Assembly (NCBI RefSeq): GCF_035084215.1
Contig: NC_090342.1
Coordinates: forward strand, 45,694,001-45,758,000
From: Heptranchias perlo
Lineage: Eukaryota
Direction: 5' to 3'
Length of the DNA: 64,000 nt
Part shown: in pieces, positions 44,911 through 57,184 of the stretch
How positions within the stretch are numbered: position 1 is the stretch's first letter
Layout of the letters: each line of letters opens with the position of its first letter
Notes under the pieces: model-generated
Databases searched by the model: none
What the model was told of the DNA's origin: nothing
What the model saw: the letters and a program-made list of their open reading frames with translations, nothing else
Made by a program: the position numbers and the translations under genes

Positions 44911-45536
44911 TGTAAAAGAGTGATCACCATAACATGCAATGTGTAGTCAATTTTGACTTTCTGTTCAATGTTTGAGACTGACACCATAATGGTTAGTAAC
45001 CACATGACTTTATTTAGCACAAGTAAGAATCAATACCTTACAGTATTTAAGCAGTAGTTTACAAAGCAAAATTGGGAATTATATTACCGCGTTGTCCTTT
45101 GGGTAGAAGCCGCGACCTCGTTCCCCGTTCCTTCATGCACGTATTCTTGTTCTCGTTTACCCGCCTGGTACTTTCTTTTCCTGTCTTCTACCCTGATTCT
45201 GAGTAAGGACTGGCTACTTATGCATCGAGTTAACCCCTTGCTCCCCTTTTCACTGCAGCAAATATAAGCCACTTATAGATGGTCCCTTTACCAGCACTTT
45301 TAGGAGCCCATCAATCGTTCTTCCTTGATTCTGGAATATAGTTGCTTAGCAACATGTTCGGACATACAGACTCATCCTTTGTGTCACTGTTTTTGCCTCA
45401 GATAGCACGGTTGTATGTTTTTAACCAAGAGTATTTCTGCACGAAGGCTGGTTCCTGTTGTTTCTCACTCATAACCCCGTTAAGTCTAACCCTTTGAATT
45501 CCTCGCACATTTGTGTGAAATCTATATTTCCTTACA
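44911..45536 (-). mobile_element. LTR related to the 2070-2710 LTR
   Basis: TGTAA...TTACA ends. Conserved TTTATT / TAAGCAGTA / ATATTA spacing. No clear TSD. Confidence 0.55.
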
Positions 45537-46670
45537 GTTGTCTACTGGGTAAAAATTTCGACATTTAAATTTGGTTGCAGCTGGCATCAAAGGAATCACC
45601 ATGGGTCTTTCACCTTGCCTATGGATTGGAGAATCCAGTTCAGTGTGCCATTTCTGTATTAATGATGTTCAAATCCCTTTATGGCCTCGATCCTCCCAAT
45701 CTCTATAACCTCCTCCAGCCCTACCACCCTCTGAGAACTCTGTGTTCCTCCATCTCTGGCCTCTTGTGCATCCCCCACTTCTTTCACCCCACCATTTGTG
45801 GTCATCCTGTCTAGGCCCTAAGCTCTGGAATTCCCTCACCATACCTCTCCGCCTTTAAGACCCTCCTTAAAACCTACCTCTTTAACCAAGCTTTTGGTCA
45901 CCTGTCCAAATGCCTCCTTCTTTGGCTCGGTGTTAATTTTTGTCTGATTACACTCCTGTGAAGCATCTTGGGATGTTTTACTTTGTTAAAGGCGATATAT
46001 AAATGTACGTTGTTATCGAAAGATGAACTATTTAGTTGTCCTTGTGATCATTATTCTTTGAATATGGGTAATGTTGTCAAACCAGGAAAATTCAAGCAAT
46101 CTTTCAACTCGTACTTCTGTGAACTTTGCTTCTTATGCGTACTCCCGCTCCCATCCTTAATTCTTTTGGTAAGATGCTGAGGTTTGGGGATGAAACGGTT
46201 TACATGTATGTTTCTGATGATGAAAGAAGCGGAGTGACATTTATGACAATTGAAAACAAAAAAATGCTAAAACACATCCCATTACAAGATGAAGGGTATG
46301 ATAGAACATCCAATATAGTTGGCCTATTCAGTAAACAGCCCAGCTATCTCTTTCCACTAGAAGGTAAAAGGTGGAAACAGGTTTTGCTTAAACCCTCAAG
46401 GAGCTGAATTTTTCAGCACTGATTAGTAAATGAAAAATGAGTAATAGACACCATCGTGAGGCATGTGATCTCAATTGCGTATGCATGTGTACTTTAACAT
46501 TTTTGTGCGTTTGTTGGTAAAATGGTAAGACGGAAAGCAAAGTGTGCAGTTGTTTCTGATCATTACGTGCGTTTTCCTTCCTTGGTTACTGCATATTGGT
46601 TATCTGCTGAAATGATGTGTGACGCGGGTGAAAATGCCACACTTCAGCACCATGGAAACACCAGCAATAT

Positions 46671-47105
46671 TGTATGGAAGGTGTCAGAATGATTGGACTT
46701 GACCCCAATTGGATTTGGTGAAACTTTATTAACTTCATACAAGGATCAACACATGCGTGTGTCTAAGCAGTAGTCAACAGTACAGAACAAGAATTATATA
46801 TTATCCGTTCCATTCTGGGTAGAAGGTGTGTCTGCTTCTCGTTCCTCTTGCTTCTACACTAACAAAGTCTCAGGCCCCTCCAGTTATGCCACAAAAGAAC
46901 AGAACTGCGGCAAAACACATCCAATCAGGTATTTTCCCCAATGTGCCCCTTAATTTACCCAATCATATGGACAATACGTAGTTGTCCAGAAGAGACAATG
47001 CCTTGTGGCCCCCCTTATTTTAAACACCCACCACAAATACAGTAGTCTCCCCCCAACCCCACCTCATTCCAGAGTGTGAAGAGATGCTTAAGGAATCCAC
47101 ATACT
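46671..47105 (-). mobile_element. Degenerate LTR related to the 2070-2710 LTR
   Basis: Starts TGTATGG. AATGATTGGACTTGACCCCA resembles AATGATTCGACTTTACTCCA of LTR1, and the same motif triad is present. Confidence 0.5.
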
Positions 47106-47683
47106 TGTAAAATATATATATATATATACTTTTTAAAAAGACTTCTTTGTAACATTCTTAGAAAGAGCCACTGGGGGGTGTAGGAGAATCAAATATTTAA
47201 TCAGTCAGTCACATGCATGATTGCTTGTGTAAATCTTTAACTGATTCTGAATTGAAAACACTGGTCACTGCTACAGTTATAAATACACAGGAAAGCAGTG
47301 AGTTAAGAAAAGCAGCATATGCATTGTGTATATAACTCAACACCATTGCTGGTACCATATAGAGGATAATTCCATAAACTAAATGGGAGCCAATCATTCC
47401 CTTTATGAATGGTTTACTTTATGGAATTGGCCCCGATATAACACAGTCCTGCAAACGTAGGGGGTGAAACTAGTCTAGGTCAGCAGTGCAATACGTGCTC
47501 ATAGAGCTGCCGATTTGCTATGAGCCTGTTTCAAGCTCGGTCAACTTCACTCCCCCAGACTTCAAAACAATAAAATGGGTTCATTTTAAAGCTTCTTGGC
47601 CCTGAATTTCCTCACTATCCATTGTACTGTTGGGCAAGCTGTGTTGGGCAATATTAAATGGACTTTGAGGCCAATTATTTACT

Positions 47684-47843
47684 GGGGTAGACCTTGACTT
47701 TGTGGGATAGTGTAAAATGGGTGATTGTGAATCTGCAGCCCGTTTCACATCTCTCTCGATTTTCTTGACTTCAATGTGATGTAAAACGGGCTGCTGACTC
47801 GTTATCACCCGTTCTACATATCCCCCAAAGTCAAAATTACCCC
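47684..47843. mobile_element. Palindromic MITE, same family as ~19549-19676
   Basis: GGGGTA..TTGACTTTG / CAAAGTCAA..TACCCC termini with internal inverted arms. Confidence 0.7.
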
Positions 47844-48350
47844 ATTGTCTGTTGGCCAGAAAAGTGGTTCAGCAGGTTTATGTAGTTTGTGGCTGGATTA
47901 CACAGAGCAGGAATGTTGCGGGTTGGATCGAATCTGTGCGGAATTGGTTGATGTTAGCCGGGACAGTTGACTCCCGTCCTCCTGAGGTCTTGGGCTTTGA
48001 TGACAGAGAAAAGAAAACTAAAAATGGGATGAGAAATGTCAAATGAGCAATTGTCCCACATCCCTCGACAGCCACAGCAGCTTTGCCCAGGGCCTGGTCC
48101 TCTCAAACAACGCAGCAGGCCCAAGGTGGGAGAAAGGGAACAAGTGAAGAACAATCGGGAGAAAGAGGACAACAAGCTCTCAAAAAAACCCACTAATGAT
48201 GTAAGTGGTGGTGTCAGTCGGTCTATGTTAAGTCCTTCCAGGCGATCGTGGAGCCAGCAGAGAAAGACAACACCACCATGATTGACAATGCTGGCACTTG
48301 CTTTGTTAACAAAAGGGTGCAATCAACCAACCAGCAGTATCAGTCAATGG

Positions 48351-49466
48351 TGTAAGGGGTTTTTATTACTGTTTCTCGGGCTTATAATAGGTCAGCCAGT
48401 TATGCTTTCCTGAGCTGCCCTTCCCGCAGTGCGGTTGCGAATCGCTTACCCCTTCCTGATTCTGAGCTGAGGACTTATCGGGCGGTAACAAAGACAGACT
48501 AACAGACCAGTGGATTGGTACAAGGAAAACCAATGTTTATTAATAAGAAAACTAAAAACTACAAGGTAAACAGTATTATACAGAAGATAAAGAAATCGCT
48601 ATAGATACAATACAGTCTTACACTTATCGGGGTGGAAGAAACGGACACATCGAGGGAAAATTCTAAAATCACAATTTTAGCAATATCCCTTTAACCCCCA
48701 CCCTTATACCTAGATAGGTTGTCTTGTGGCGGCCAGAAAATTAATGCTCACCGGTGAAACAGATGAAAAGGCCTGGCCTCTGTTCCCTGCTGCTGCCGTC
48801 GACATGTGGTTGCGAGGTTTTTGGATGGCCTTCCTTCTTGGTTGCGAGCAAGCAGACAGGACCACCGGCCACCAGGCGAAGAGAGAAGAGAGGAGAGAGA
48901 GATACTGGGAGGCCCAGTTATACCCTCTTGGTAACAGGTTTTTTTCGTACCTCATCAGCTTGCTTCATTGTTTGATTTAAGCACGAAACGTAAGACAAAG
49001 GACCCCATCTCTGGCCCATTTACATTAATGGCCGGTTCCTGTATTGCTGAGTTTCATAACTGCTTTAAGACAAAGGACCTCATTTCTGGCCCATTTACAT
49101 AATGGCCGGTTCCTGTATCGATCTGTTCCATAACTGCTTTACCATTGTTCCGAATGTACCTTGATGGTTCACCTTTTGTCCTGCGATCACTTCCTGCTTG
49201 AATTTTGATGTGTTGGCCGGCCATGTTGATGGCTTGCCTCAGGGCTTGAATGCACCTGCATTGTGCAAGGAAACCTGTCTGAGACACGAAGCCTGCCAAG
49301 TTGTTAGAGAAATGCTGCAGGCTTTTTTTTAGGCCATGAGTCTGACCGCAGCCATTTTGAAAGATCCTGGATTTTTTAAAAACACAGTCACACCAGGGTT
49401 TCTTTAATAACTCCAATAAAATCTTCGGCGGGGTGGGGGACATGTGAAATTTTGCGAATCCCTTCA
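48351..49466 (-). mobile_element. Solo LTR (Gypsy/ERV-type, ~1.1 kb)
   Basis: TGTAAGGG...CCCTTCA termini. 4-bp TSD ATGG (48347-48350 and 49467-49470). Minus-strand AATAAA near 48536 and an internal 75-bp tandem duplication. Confidence 0.7.
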
Positions 49467-51639
49467 ATGGACTAAAATTAAAACACCTCATTCTTTAACC
49501 TCTCAGGAATACATACTGTACACGTTTTAATAGGTCACCACCCTAGTCCAGTGACTAACTGCTTTTAAGGTCACAATTTCTGAAAGTTAATTTAAATTTT
49601 GCCATTTTAAATTGTACATTCTTTATTACGTAGCCTGCCTGATTTTACAAGTAGGTTTCACTCCATGTTACTTCCTTTCATTTTTATCAGAAGCAAAACC
49701 TTCTAAGTTTTGGGCATGATAATGTCACAATTCTTTTCCCTGAATCACTGCTGGAGTTATTTACTAACATAGCTTTTTACTGTCCATTTAATGTTAAGAA
49801 TCTGTTTAAAATTTCCAAACTGATGATTACATCTATTAAATAGATGATTAAAACTATTTTAATATTTTAGGTTATGGTCAGAGTTCGAGCTGTCCTGAAT
49901 TTTTAAACTCAAAGCAATCAATTTATATTAAAGATGTCCATGGAAGTGCAGATCTTACAGTTTCTCTACATGATGTGAAAGATTTCTGGGCTGTCTGGCA
50001 GATGCTTGCAAGTCCTCGCGTCAGCTAAGTATAACCCATAGTCTTCAGTATTAAACAGATCAAAGATCAGGTCAGAGGTTCAGCAGATTTGAACTGCAGG
50101 CCTTGTTTCAATCCTGCCAATCAGCTGCTTGGGCCTTTCTGGCGGAAAGCGGCAGCTGACTGGCGGGATTGAAAGAAGGCCCGCGGGGGCTGCGGGGGGC
50201 GGGGGGAGACCACGATTGGGCGGTCTACAGGCTGCCCACCGTCAGTGGGAAAAGCGCTGCTGGCTATAACTTATGTCCCGGATGGGAGGTGTTGAAAGGG
50301 TCCCGTGATTTGGGGGATGGCGAGTAAGCCCGGGGTGCCAGGAACTCGGAGTTTCCTTGTGGACCCTGGAGGAGCACTCTTGTTCCTCCTGGCCCAACTA
50401 ACCCTAGCAGGTCTCGCTGGCTTCTCGACTGCTTTATCTGGCGGGGTGAGCGCTCTGCTCAGGAGTCGGTTACCATCCCATGTACGACAATGGAACCCCG
50501 ATTCACATTTATTAATGAGGCCCCAGCAGAACCCAGTGGGAGTCTCATGCACCGCCAAAACCAGAAGCATCAAAATGGGAATGAAGTGGGAGACAGAGCC
50601 ACTCCATTTTAACTGCTTCCCCGCTCTGTTCCCGTGGCTGTGAAACATTTTTGTCCTGAGTTAGTGAAAGGTGTTATATAAATGCATGTTCTTTCTTTTC
50701 CTGCATCCCTGTTTCCAAAAGCTTTCTATCCCCTAACTCTTCTGTCTTAAATTTTTCTTTTTCACCCTTTTAATGTTCACCATTCCTGCCTTATTAAACA
50801 CAGAGAAGTTTTCTTTTACATGATGTTGCTTTATAGATCAAGTTGTTGGTGTTTTATTGTGACAGGACCGCCCATCATTTGCTGTATATTTTTCAGCATA
50901 ATCCAGGCACTGAGTTTAATCACCTAGATTAAGATCAAAATAGTGAATTAAGTGTTGCTTGGTTGATATTTTCTTATCAATGGTTTTATAAGTATGTTGT
51001 GCTTTTTGAAATGAGGGCAACTGTAAACAAATTGGAAATAAATATCAAATTGATAAGACAGTAGTAATGGGGGTTCATGTCTCTTTTCTATTCAGAACTC
51101 TTTGCTTACCTCAGGTAATTAGAAATTTATGTACAAACTTATTTAAACTTTAAATAAAACAACTGCGTGATTGGTCTACTTATTTGAATCTTTTATAAAA
51201 GTGAAGTGTTTTCAGTTAGCATTGAACATGCTAAACCTATCTCCCGGTCCTTTACCAGCCTGACCACAGGTTTGACTCAAGTTATTGCTGAGAATAGACA
51301 TTTGATCTGTTTTTTGAAGAAAGACGTTACTCTCATTGTATTGTAATTTAAGTCACATTATCACTTTCAACCAAACTGATTGTGGGCTCATTTCACACTC
51401 TGTCCTTGATTGGTTAGGAACCCCAAGAAACCTGCTGAAAAACACTGAGTTCTAATGTGGGATCTTGCAAGGTGCCGGGTCACCAAAATCTTACATGGCC
51501 TTTCCTGCGTCTTCACTGTATGGAGATCAGTTGGTCATTTTCTGAGTGTGCATGGATGGCAGGGAACATCGATTTCAAAAGGGCGGAAAAACACAACAGC
51601 ATGCCCGTGATTTTCTGAAAGACTCTAAACATTGTTTAG

Positions 51640-52295
51640 GACAAGTTGATAAGGCTATTAAAAAAGCAAACAGGATCCTGGGCTTTATTAATAGAGGCAT
51701 AGAGTACAAAATCAAGAAAGTTATGCTAAACCTTTATAAATCACCGGTTAGGCCTCAGCTGGAGTATTGTGTCCAATTCTGGGCACCACACTTTATGAAG
51801 GATGTCAAGGCCTTAGAGAGGGTGCAGAGATTTACCAGGATGGTACCAGGGATGGGGTATTTCAGTTATGTGGAGAGATTAAAGAAGCTGGGGTTGTTCT
51901 CCTCAGAGCACAGAAGGTTAAGTGGAGATTTAATAGAGGTGTTCAAAATTATGAGAGGTTTTGATATAGTGGATAGGGAGAAACACTGGCAGGAGGGTCG
52001 GTAACCAATGGATGCAGATTTAAGATAATTTGCAAAAGAACCAGATGGGCGATGAGGAGAAATATTTTTACGCAGCAAGTTGTCATGATCTGAAATGCAC
52101 TGCCCGAAAGGGAGGTGGAAGCAAATTCAATGATAACTTTCGAAAGAGAACTGGATAAATACTTGAAAAGGAAACATTTGCAGGGCTATGGGGAAAGAGC
52201 AGCGGAGTGGGTCTAATTGGATAGCACTTTCAAAGGACAGGCACAGGCATGATGGGCCAAGTGGCCTCCTTCTGTGCTGTATGATTCTCTGATTC
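51640..52295 (+). mobile_element. CR1 LINE 3' fragment
   Basis: KANRILGFINRGIEYK..RPQLEYCVQFWAP; tail TATGATTCTCTGATTC. Confidence 0.9.
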
Positions 52296-52334
52296 TCTGA
52301 TTGTCTTCTACTTTAACTTATTCTTTCCCAGTAA

Positions 52335-52545
52335 CATAGTACCGAGAGTAGGCCATTCAGCCTATCAAGCTTGCTCCACCATGCAATTAGATCATGGCTG
52401 ACTTGTACCTCAACTCCTTTTACCCACCTTTGCTCCATGTCCCTTGATATCTTTACCTAACAAAAATCTTTCTATCTCATTCTTGAAAGCTCCAATTGTT
52501 CCAGCATCCACAGCCTTTTGGGGGAGAGAATTCCAGATTTCAACT
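52335..52545 (-). mobile_element. CR1 3'-end fragment
   Basis: GAGTAGGCCATTCAGCC..AGATCATGGCTGA motif. Confidence 0.75.
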
Positions 52546-53246
52546 GGGACTTCAAAACTGTGGAGCTCCTTAAACCCCTTTCTCTTTCCTTCCTCTTCCA
52601 ATCTTTAGTTTTTCTATAAATGCAAGCTTGATGTCACCAACTTGCCTCATCTTCCCTTAGTCTTTTTAATCTTGGTTACCTGCATTGTTAGCCATTTTTC
52701 TCCATAAAAAGAATCCACAAGGGTCCATAATCACATGGCACTACTTTTACGAAACCACACGCGACAAAGAAATGGATCCAGCCAATGACATTAATGATCA
52801 GTGGAATCACAGGGAGCAGGAAATCACAGCTCACGAATTATTAGTGAGTCCTGCTCAGCCATGTCAGAAGTCGAGACAGCAGCATATAATTTATTGTTTG
52901 CAAATGCCAGTGGTGGCACAGAAATGGCGGAGGAGAGGGTTAGGAAAATGGGCGACAAACTCGATTGTTAGGCCTCCGCCCATAATGAAGCACAAGACAT
53001 TACTGTGGGGAGGGGAGTTGTAAGATAAACAGAGAAAACTCTCACTAAAGAACATAAGAACATAAGAAATTGGAGCAGGAGTAGGCCAATCGGCCCCTCG
53101 AGCCTGCTCCGCCATTCAATAAGATCATGGCTGATTTGATCCCAACCACAAATCTAAAGAACACAAGAAGTCGGAGCAGGACCCGGCCACATAGCCCCTG
53201 GGCCCTCTCCGCCACCCACAGGGCATTGACCGATCCGAACTCAGCT

Positions 53247-56102
53247 TCATGTCCAATTTCCTGCCCGCTCCCCATAACCCCTAATTCCCTTTACTTCTAG
53301 GAAACTGTCTATTTCTGTTTTAAATTTATCTAATGATGTAGCTTCCACAGCTTCCTGGGGCAGCAAATTCCACAGACCTACCACCCTCTGAGTGAAGAAG
53401 TTTCTCCTCATCTCAGTTTTGAAAGAGCAGCCCCTTATTCTAAGATTATGCCCCCTAGTTCTAGTTTCACCCATCTTTGGGAACATCCTTACTGCATCCA
53501 CCCGATCAAGATCCTTCACAATCTTATATGTTTCAATAAGATCGCCTCTCATTCTTCTGAACTCCAATGAGTAGAGTCCCAATCTACTCAACCTCTCCTC
53601 ATATGTCCGCCCCCTCATCCCCGGGATTAACCGAGTGAACCTTCTTTGTACTGCCTCGAGAGCAAGTATGTCTTTTCTTAAGTATGGAGACCAAAACTGT
53701 ATGCAGTATTCCAGGTGCGGTCTCACCAATACCCTATATAACTGCAGCAATACCTCCCTGTTTTTATATTCTATCCCCCTAGCAATAAAAGCCAACATTC
53801 CGTTGGCTTTCTTGATCACCTGCTGCACCTGCATACCAACTTTTTGATTTTCTTGCACTAGGACCCCCAGATCCCTTTGTACTGCAGTACTTTCCAGTCT
53901 CTCGCCATTAAGAAAATAACTTGCTCTCTGATTTTTCCTGCCAAAGTGCATAACCTCACATTTTCCAATATTATATTGCATCTGCCAAATCTCCGCCCAC
54001 TCACCCAGCCTGTCTATATCCCCTTGCAGGTTTTTTATGTCCTCCTCACTCTCTACTTTCCCTCCCATCTTTGTATCATCTGCAAATTTTGATATGTTGC
54101 ACTCGGTCCCCTCCTCCAAATCGTTAATATAGATTGTAAAGAGTTGGGGACCCAGCACCGACCCCTGTGGAACACCACTGGTTACTGGTTGCCAGTCCGA
54201 AAATGAACCATTTATCCCAACTCTCTGCTTCCTGTTTGATAACCAATCCTCCACCCATGCCAGAATATTACCCCCAATCCCGTGATTTTTTATCTTAAGT
54301 AATAATCTTTTATGTGGCACCTTGTCGAATGCCTTCTGGAAGTCTAAATACACTACGTCCACTGGTTCCCCTTTATCCACCCTATACGTTATATCCTCGA
54401 AGAACTCAAGCAAATTTGTCAGACATGACTTCCCCTTCATAAAGCCATGCTGACTTTGTCCTATTAAATTATGCTTATCTAAATGTTCCGTTACTGTCTC
54501 CTTAATAATAGACTCCAAAATTTTACCCACCACAGATGTTAAGCTAACTGGCCTATAATTTCCAGCCTTCTGCCTACTACCCTTTTTAAATAACGGTGTT
54601 ACATTAGCAGTTTTCCAATCTGCCGGGACCTCTCCTGAGTCCAGGGAATTTTGGAAAACTATCACCAAAGCATCCACAATCCCTACTGCCACTTCCCTCA
54701 AGACCCTAGGATGGAAGCCATCAGGTCCAGGGGATTTATCCGCCTTGAGTCCCATTATTTTACTGAGTACCATCTCTTGAGTGATTTTAATCGTATTTAG
54801 CTCCTCCCCCCCGAGAGTCCCCTGTTTGTCCAGTGTTGGGATATTCTTAGTGTCCTCTACTGTAAAGACTGAAACAAAATATTTGTTCAGCATTTTTGCC
54901 ATCTCCATGTTTCCCACCATTAATTTCCCGGTCTCATCCTCTAAGGGACCTATGTTTGCCTTAGCCACCCTTTTTCTTTTTATATAACTATAGAAACTCT
55001 TGCTATCTGTTTTTATATTTTTTGCTAATTTCTTTTCATAATCTAACTTCCCTTTCTTAATCAATCCTTTAGTTACTTTTTGCTGTCTTTTGAAGAATTC
55101 CCAATCTTCTATCCTCCCACTAAGTTTGGCTACCTTATATGTCCTTGTTTTTAGTCGGATACTATCCTTGATTTCTTTACTTAGCCACGGGTGGCTGTCA
55201 TTTCTTTTACACCCTTTTTTCCTCAGTGGAATATATTTATTTTGAAAGTTGTAAAATAACTCCCTAAATGAACACCACTGCTCATGTACCGTCTTACCCT
55301 TTAATCTATTTTCCCAGTCCACTTTAATCAATTCCGCTCTCATACCATCATAGTCTCCTTTATTCAAGCTCAGTACGCTTGTTTGAGAATCAACCTTCTC
55401 ACCCTCTAATTGGATATGGAATTCAACCATGTTGTGGTCGCTCGTTCCAAGGGGATCCTTAACTAGGACATTATTAATTAATCCTGACTCATTACACAGG
55501 ACCAGGTCCAAGGTTGCCTGCCCCCTTGTAGGATCAGTTACATACTGCTCAAGAAATCCATCCCTGATGCACTCAATGAACTCGTCCTCAAGGCTGCTCT
55601 GCCCAATTTGATTTGTCCAGTTAATATGATAATTAAAATCCCCCATAATTATGGCTGTTCCCTTATTACATGCCCCGACTATCTCCTGATTAATACTTCT
55701 TCCAGCAGAGTTGCAACTATTAGGAGGCCTATATACTACGCCCACTAATGTTTTTTTTCCCTTATTATTCCTTATCTCCACCCAAACTGTTTCATTATCT
55801 TGATGCTTTGTCCCAATATCATTTCTCTGTATTACAGTGATTCCTTCCTTTATTAACATAGCCACCCCACCTCCCCTTCCTTCCTGCCTGTCCTTCCTGA
55901 TTGTTAAATACCCTGGCATATTTAATTCCCAGTCGTTGTCACCCTGCAGCCATGTTTCTGTAATGGCCACAAGATCATACCCATACGTAGTTATTTGTGC
56001 CGTTAACTCGTCCATTTTATTACGAATGCTACGTGCATTCAGATAAAGAACTTTCAAATCTGTTTTGTGACGCTTAGTTCCTGCTTTTTCCTTTTTTAAC
56101 AC
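53247..56102 (-). CDS. CR1 ORF2: APE endonuclease + reverse transcriptase, 951 aa, uninterrupted
   Basis: LNARS, ITETW, GDFN and SDH (APE); KSPGPDG, YLDFQKAFD, PQGSVLGP and FADD (RT). Confidence 0.97.
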   Translation of the reverse strand: MLKKEKAGTKRHKTDLKVLYLNARSIRNKMDELTAQITTYGYDLVAITETWLQGDNDWELNMPGYLTIRKDRQEGRGGGVAMLIKEGITVIQRNDIGTKHQDNETVWVEIRNNKGKKTLVGVVYRPPNSCNSAGRSINQEIVGACNKGTAIIMGDFNYHINWTNQIGQSSLEDEFIECIRDGFLEQYVTDPTRGQATLDLVLCNESGLINNVLVKDPLGTSDHNMVEFHIQLEGEKVDSQTSVLSLNKGDYDGMRAELIKVDWENRLKGKTVHEQWCSFRELFYNFQNKYIPLRKKGCKRNDSHPWLSKEIKDSIRLKTRTYKVAKLSGRIEDWEFFKRQQKVTKGLIKKGKLDYEKKLAKNIKTDSKSFYSYIKRKRVAKANIGPLEDETGKLMVGNMEMAKMLNKYFVSVFTVEDTKNIPTLDKQGTLGGEELNTIKITQEMVLSKIMGLKADKSPGPDGFHPRVLREVAVGIVDALVIVFQNSLDSGEVPADWKTANVTPLFKKGSRQKAGNYRPVSLTSVVGKILESIIKETVTEHLDKHNLIGQSQHGFMKGKSCLTNLLEFFEDITYRVDKGEPVDVVYLDFQKAFDKVPHKRLLLKIKNHGIGGNILAWVEDWLSNRKQRVGINGSFSDWQPVTSGVPQGSVLGPQLFTIYINDLEEGTECNISKFADDTKMGGKVESEEDIKNLQGDIDRLGEWAEIWQMQYNIGKCEVMHFGRKNQRASYFLNGERLESTAVQRDLGVLVQENQKVGMQVQQVIKKANGMLAFIARGIEYKNREVLLQLYRVLVRPHLEYCIQFWSPYLRKDILALEAVQRRFTRLIPGMRGRTYEERLSRLGLYSLEFRRMRGDLIETYKIVKDLDRVDAVRMFPKMGETRTRGHNLRIRGCSFKTEMRRNFFTQRVVGLWNLLPQEAVEATSLDKFKTEIDSFLEVKGIRGYGERAGNWT

Positions 56103-56185
56103 TTTACCTATTACTCCATACCTTCTGTCCCTTCCTGTTACGCTTTCCTCTCTCTCCCTGCTCAGGTTCCCAACCCCCTGCCACT

Positions 56186-56904
56186 TTAGTTTAAACCCTC
56201 CCCAACAGCACTAGCAAACACTCCTCCTAGGACAGCGGTCCCGGCCCTGCCCAGGTGCAGACCGTCCGGTTTGTACTGGTCCCACCTCCCCCAGAACCGT
56301 TTCCAGTGTCCCAGGAATTTGAATCCCTCCCCCTTGCACCATTCCTCTAGCCACGTATTCATTTGAAATATCCTCCTATTTCTACTCTGACTAGCACGTG
56401 GCACTGGCAGCAATCCTGAGATTACTACCTTTGAGGTCCTATTTTTTAATTTACCTCCTAACTCCCTATATTCTGCTTTTAGGACCTCATCCCCTTTTTT
56501 ACCTATATCATTGGTGCCTATGTGCACCACGACAGCTGGCTGTTCGCCCTCCCCCTCCAAAATGTTCTGTAGCCGCTCCGAGACATCCTTGATCCTTGCA
56601 CCAGGGAGGCAACACACCATCCTGGAGTCTCGGTTGCGGCCGCAGAAACGCCTGTCTATTCCCCTTACAATTGAGTCCCCTATCACTATAGCTCTGCCAC
56701 TCTTTTTCCTCCCAGCCTGTGCAGCAGAGCTACCCGTGGTGCCAGGAAGTTGGCTGCTGCTGCCTTCCCCTGATAAGTCATCCCCCCCAACAGCATCCAA
56801 AGTGGCATATCTGTTTGAGAGGGGGATGGCCACAGGGGACCCCTGCACTACCTGCCTGCATCTCTTACTCTTCCTGGTGGTCACCCATTCACTTCCTGCC
56901 TGTA
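56186..56904 (-). CDS. CR1 ORF1 C-terminal part with SGNH/GDSL-like esterase domain (5' end replaced)
   Basis: IVIGDSIVRG, CLPGA, HIGTND and DGLHL motifs. Confidence 0.9.
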
Positions 56905-57184
56905 TACCCTTTTTAAATAACGGTGTTACATTAGCAGTTTTCCAATCTGCCGGGACCTCTCCTGAGTCCAGGGAATTTTGGAAAACTATCACCAAAGCAT
57001 CCACAATCCCTACTGCCACTTCCCTCAAGACCCTAGGATGGAAGCCATCAGGTCCAGGGGATTTATCCGCCTTGAGTCCCATTATTTTACTGAGTACCAT
57101 CTCTTGAGTGATTTTAATCGTATTTAGCTCCTCCCCCCTGTTACGGGGGGAGGAGCTAAATACGATTAAAATCACTCAAGAGAT
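56905..57184 (-). repeat. Duplicate of ORF2 segment 54578-54811 plus a fold-back hairpin at the CR1 5' junction
   Basis: 56905-57138 reads identical to 54578-54811. 40-bp perfect arms at 57099-57138 and 57145-57184. Confidence 0.9.

Larger units (their letters stand above)
53048..56904 (-). mobile_element. Young near-full-length CR1 LINE (5'-truncated ORF1, intact ORF2, 3'UTR)
   Basis: Intact ORF2, esterase-type ORF1 and an 8-nt (TTCTTATG)n tail at 53048-53068. Confidence 0.97.

Noticed and set aside
46126-46407. 93-aa protein-looking ORF between two LTRs
   Set aside because: No recognisable motif and no convincing splice pair. A BLASTP or RNA-seq hit would be needed.
56511-57107. 198-aa plus-strand ORF
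   Set aside because: Antisense shadow of CR1 ORF1 and the duplicated ORF2 segment.
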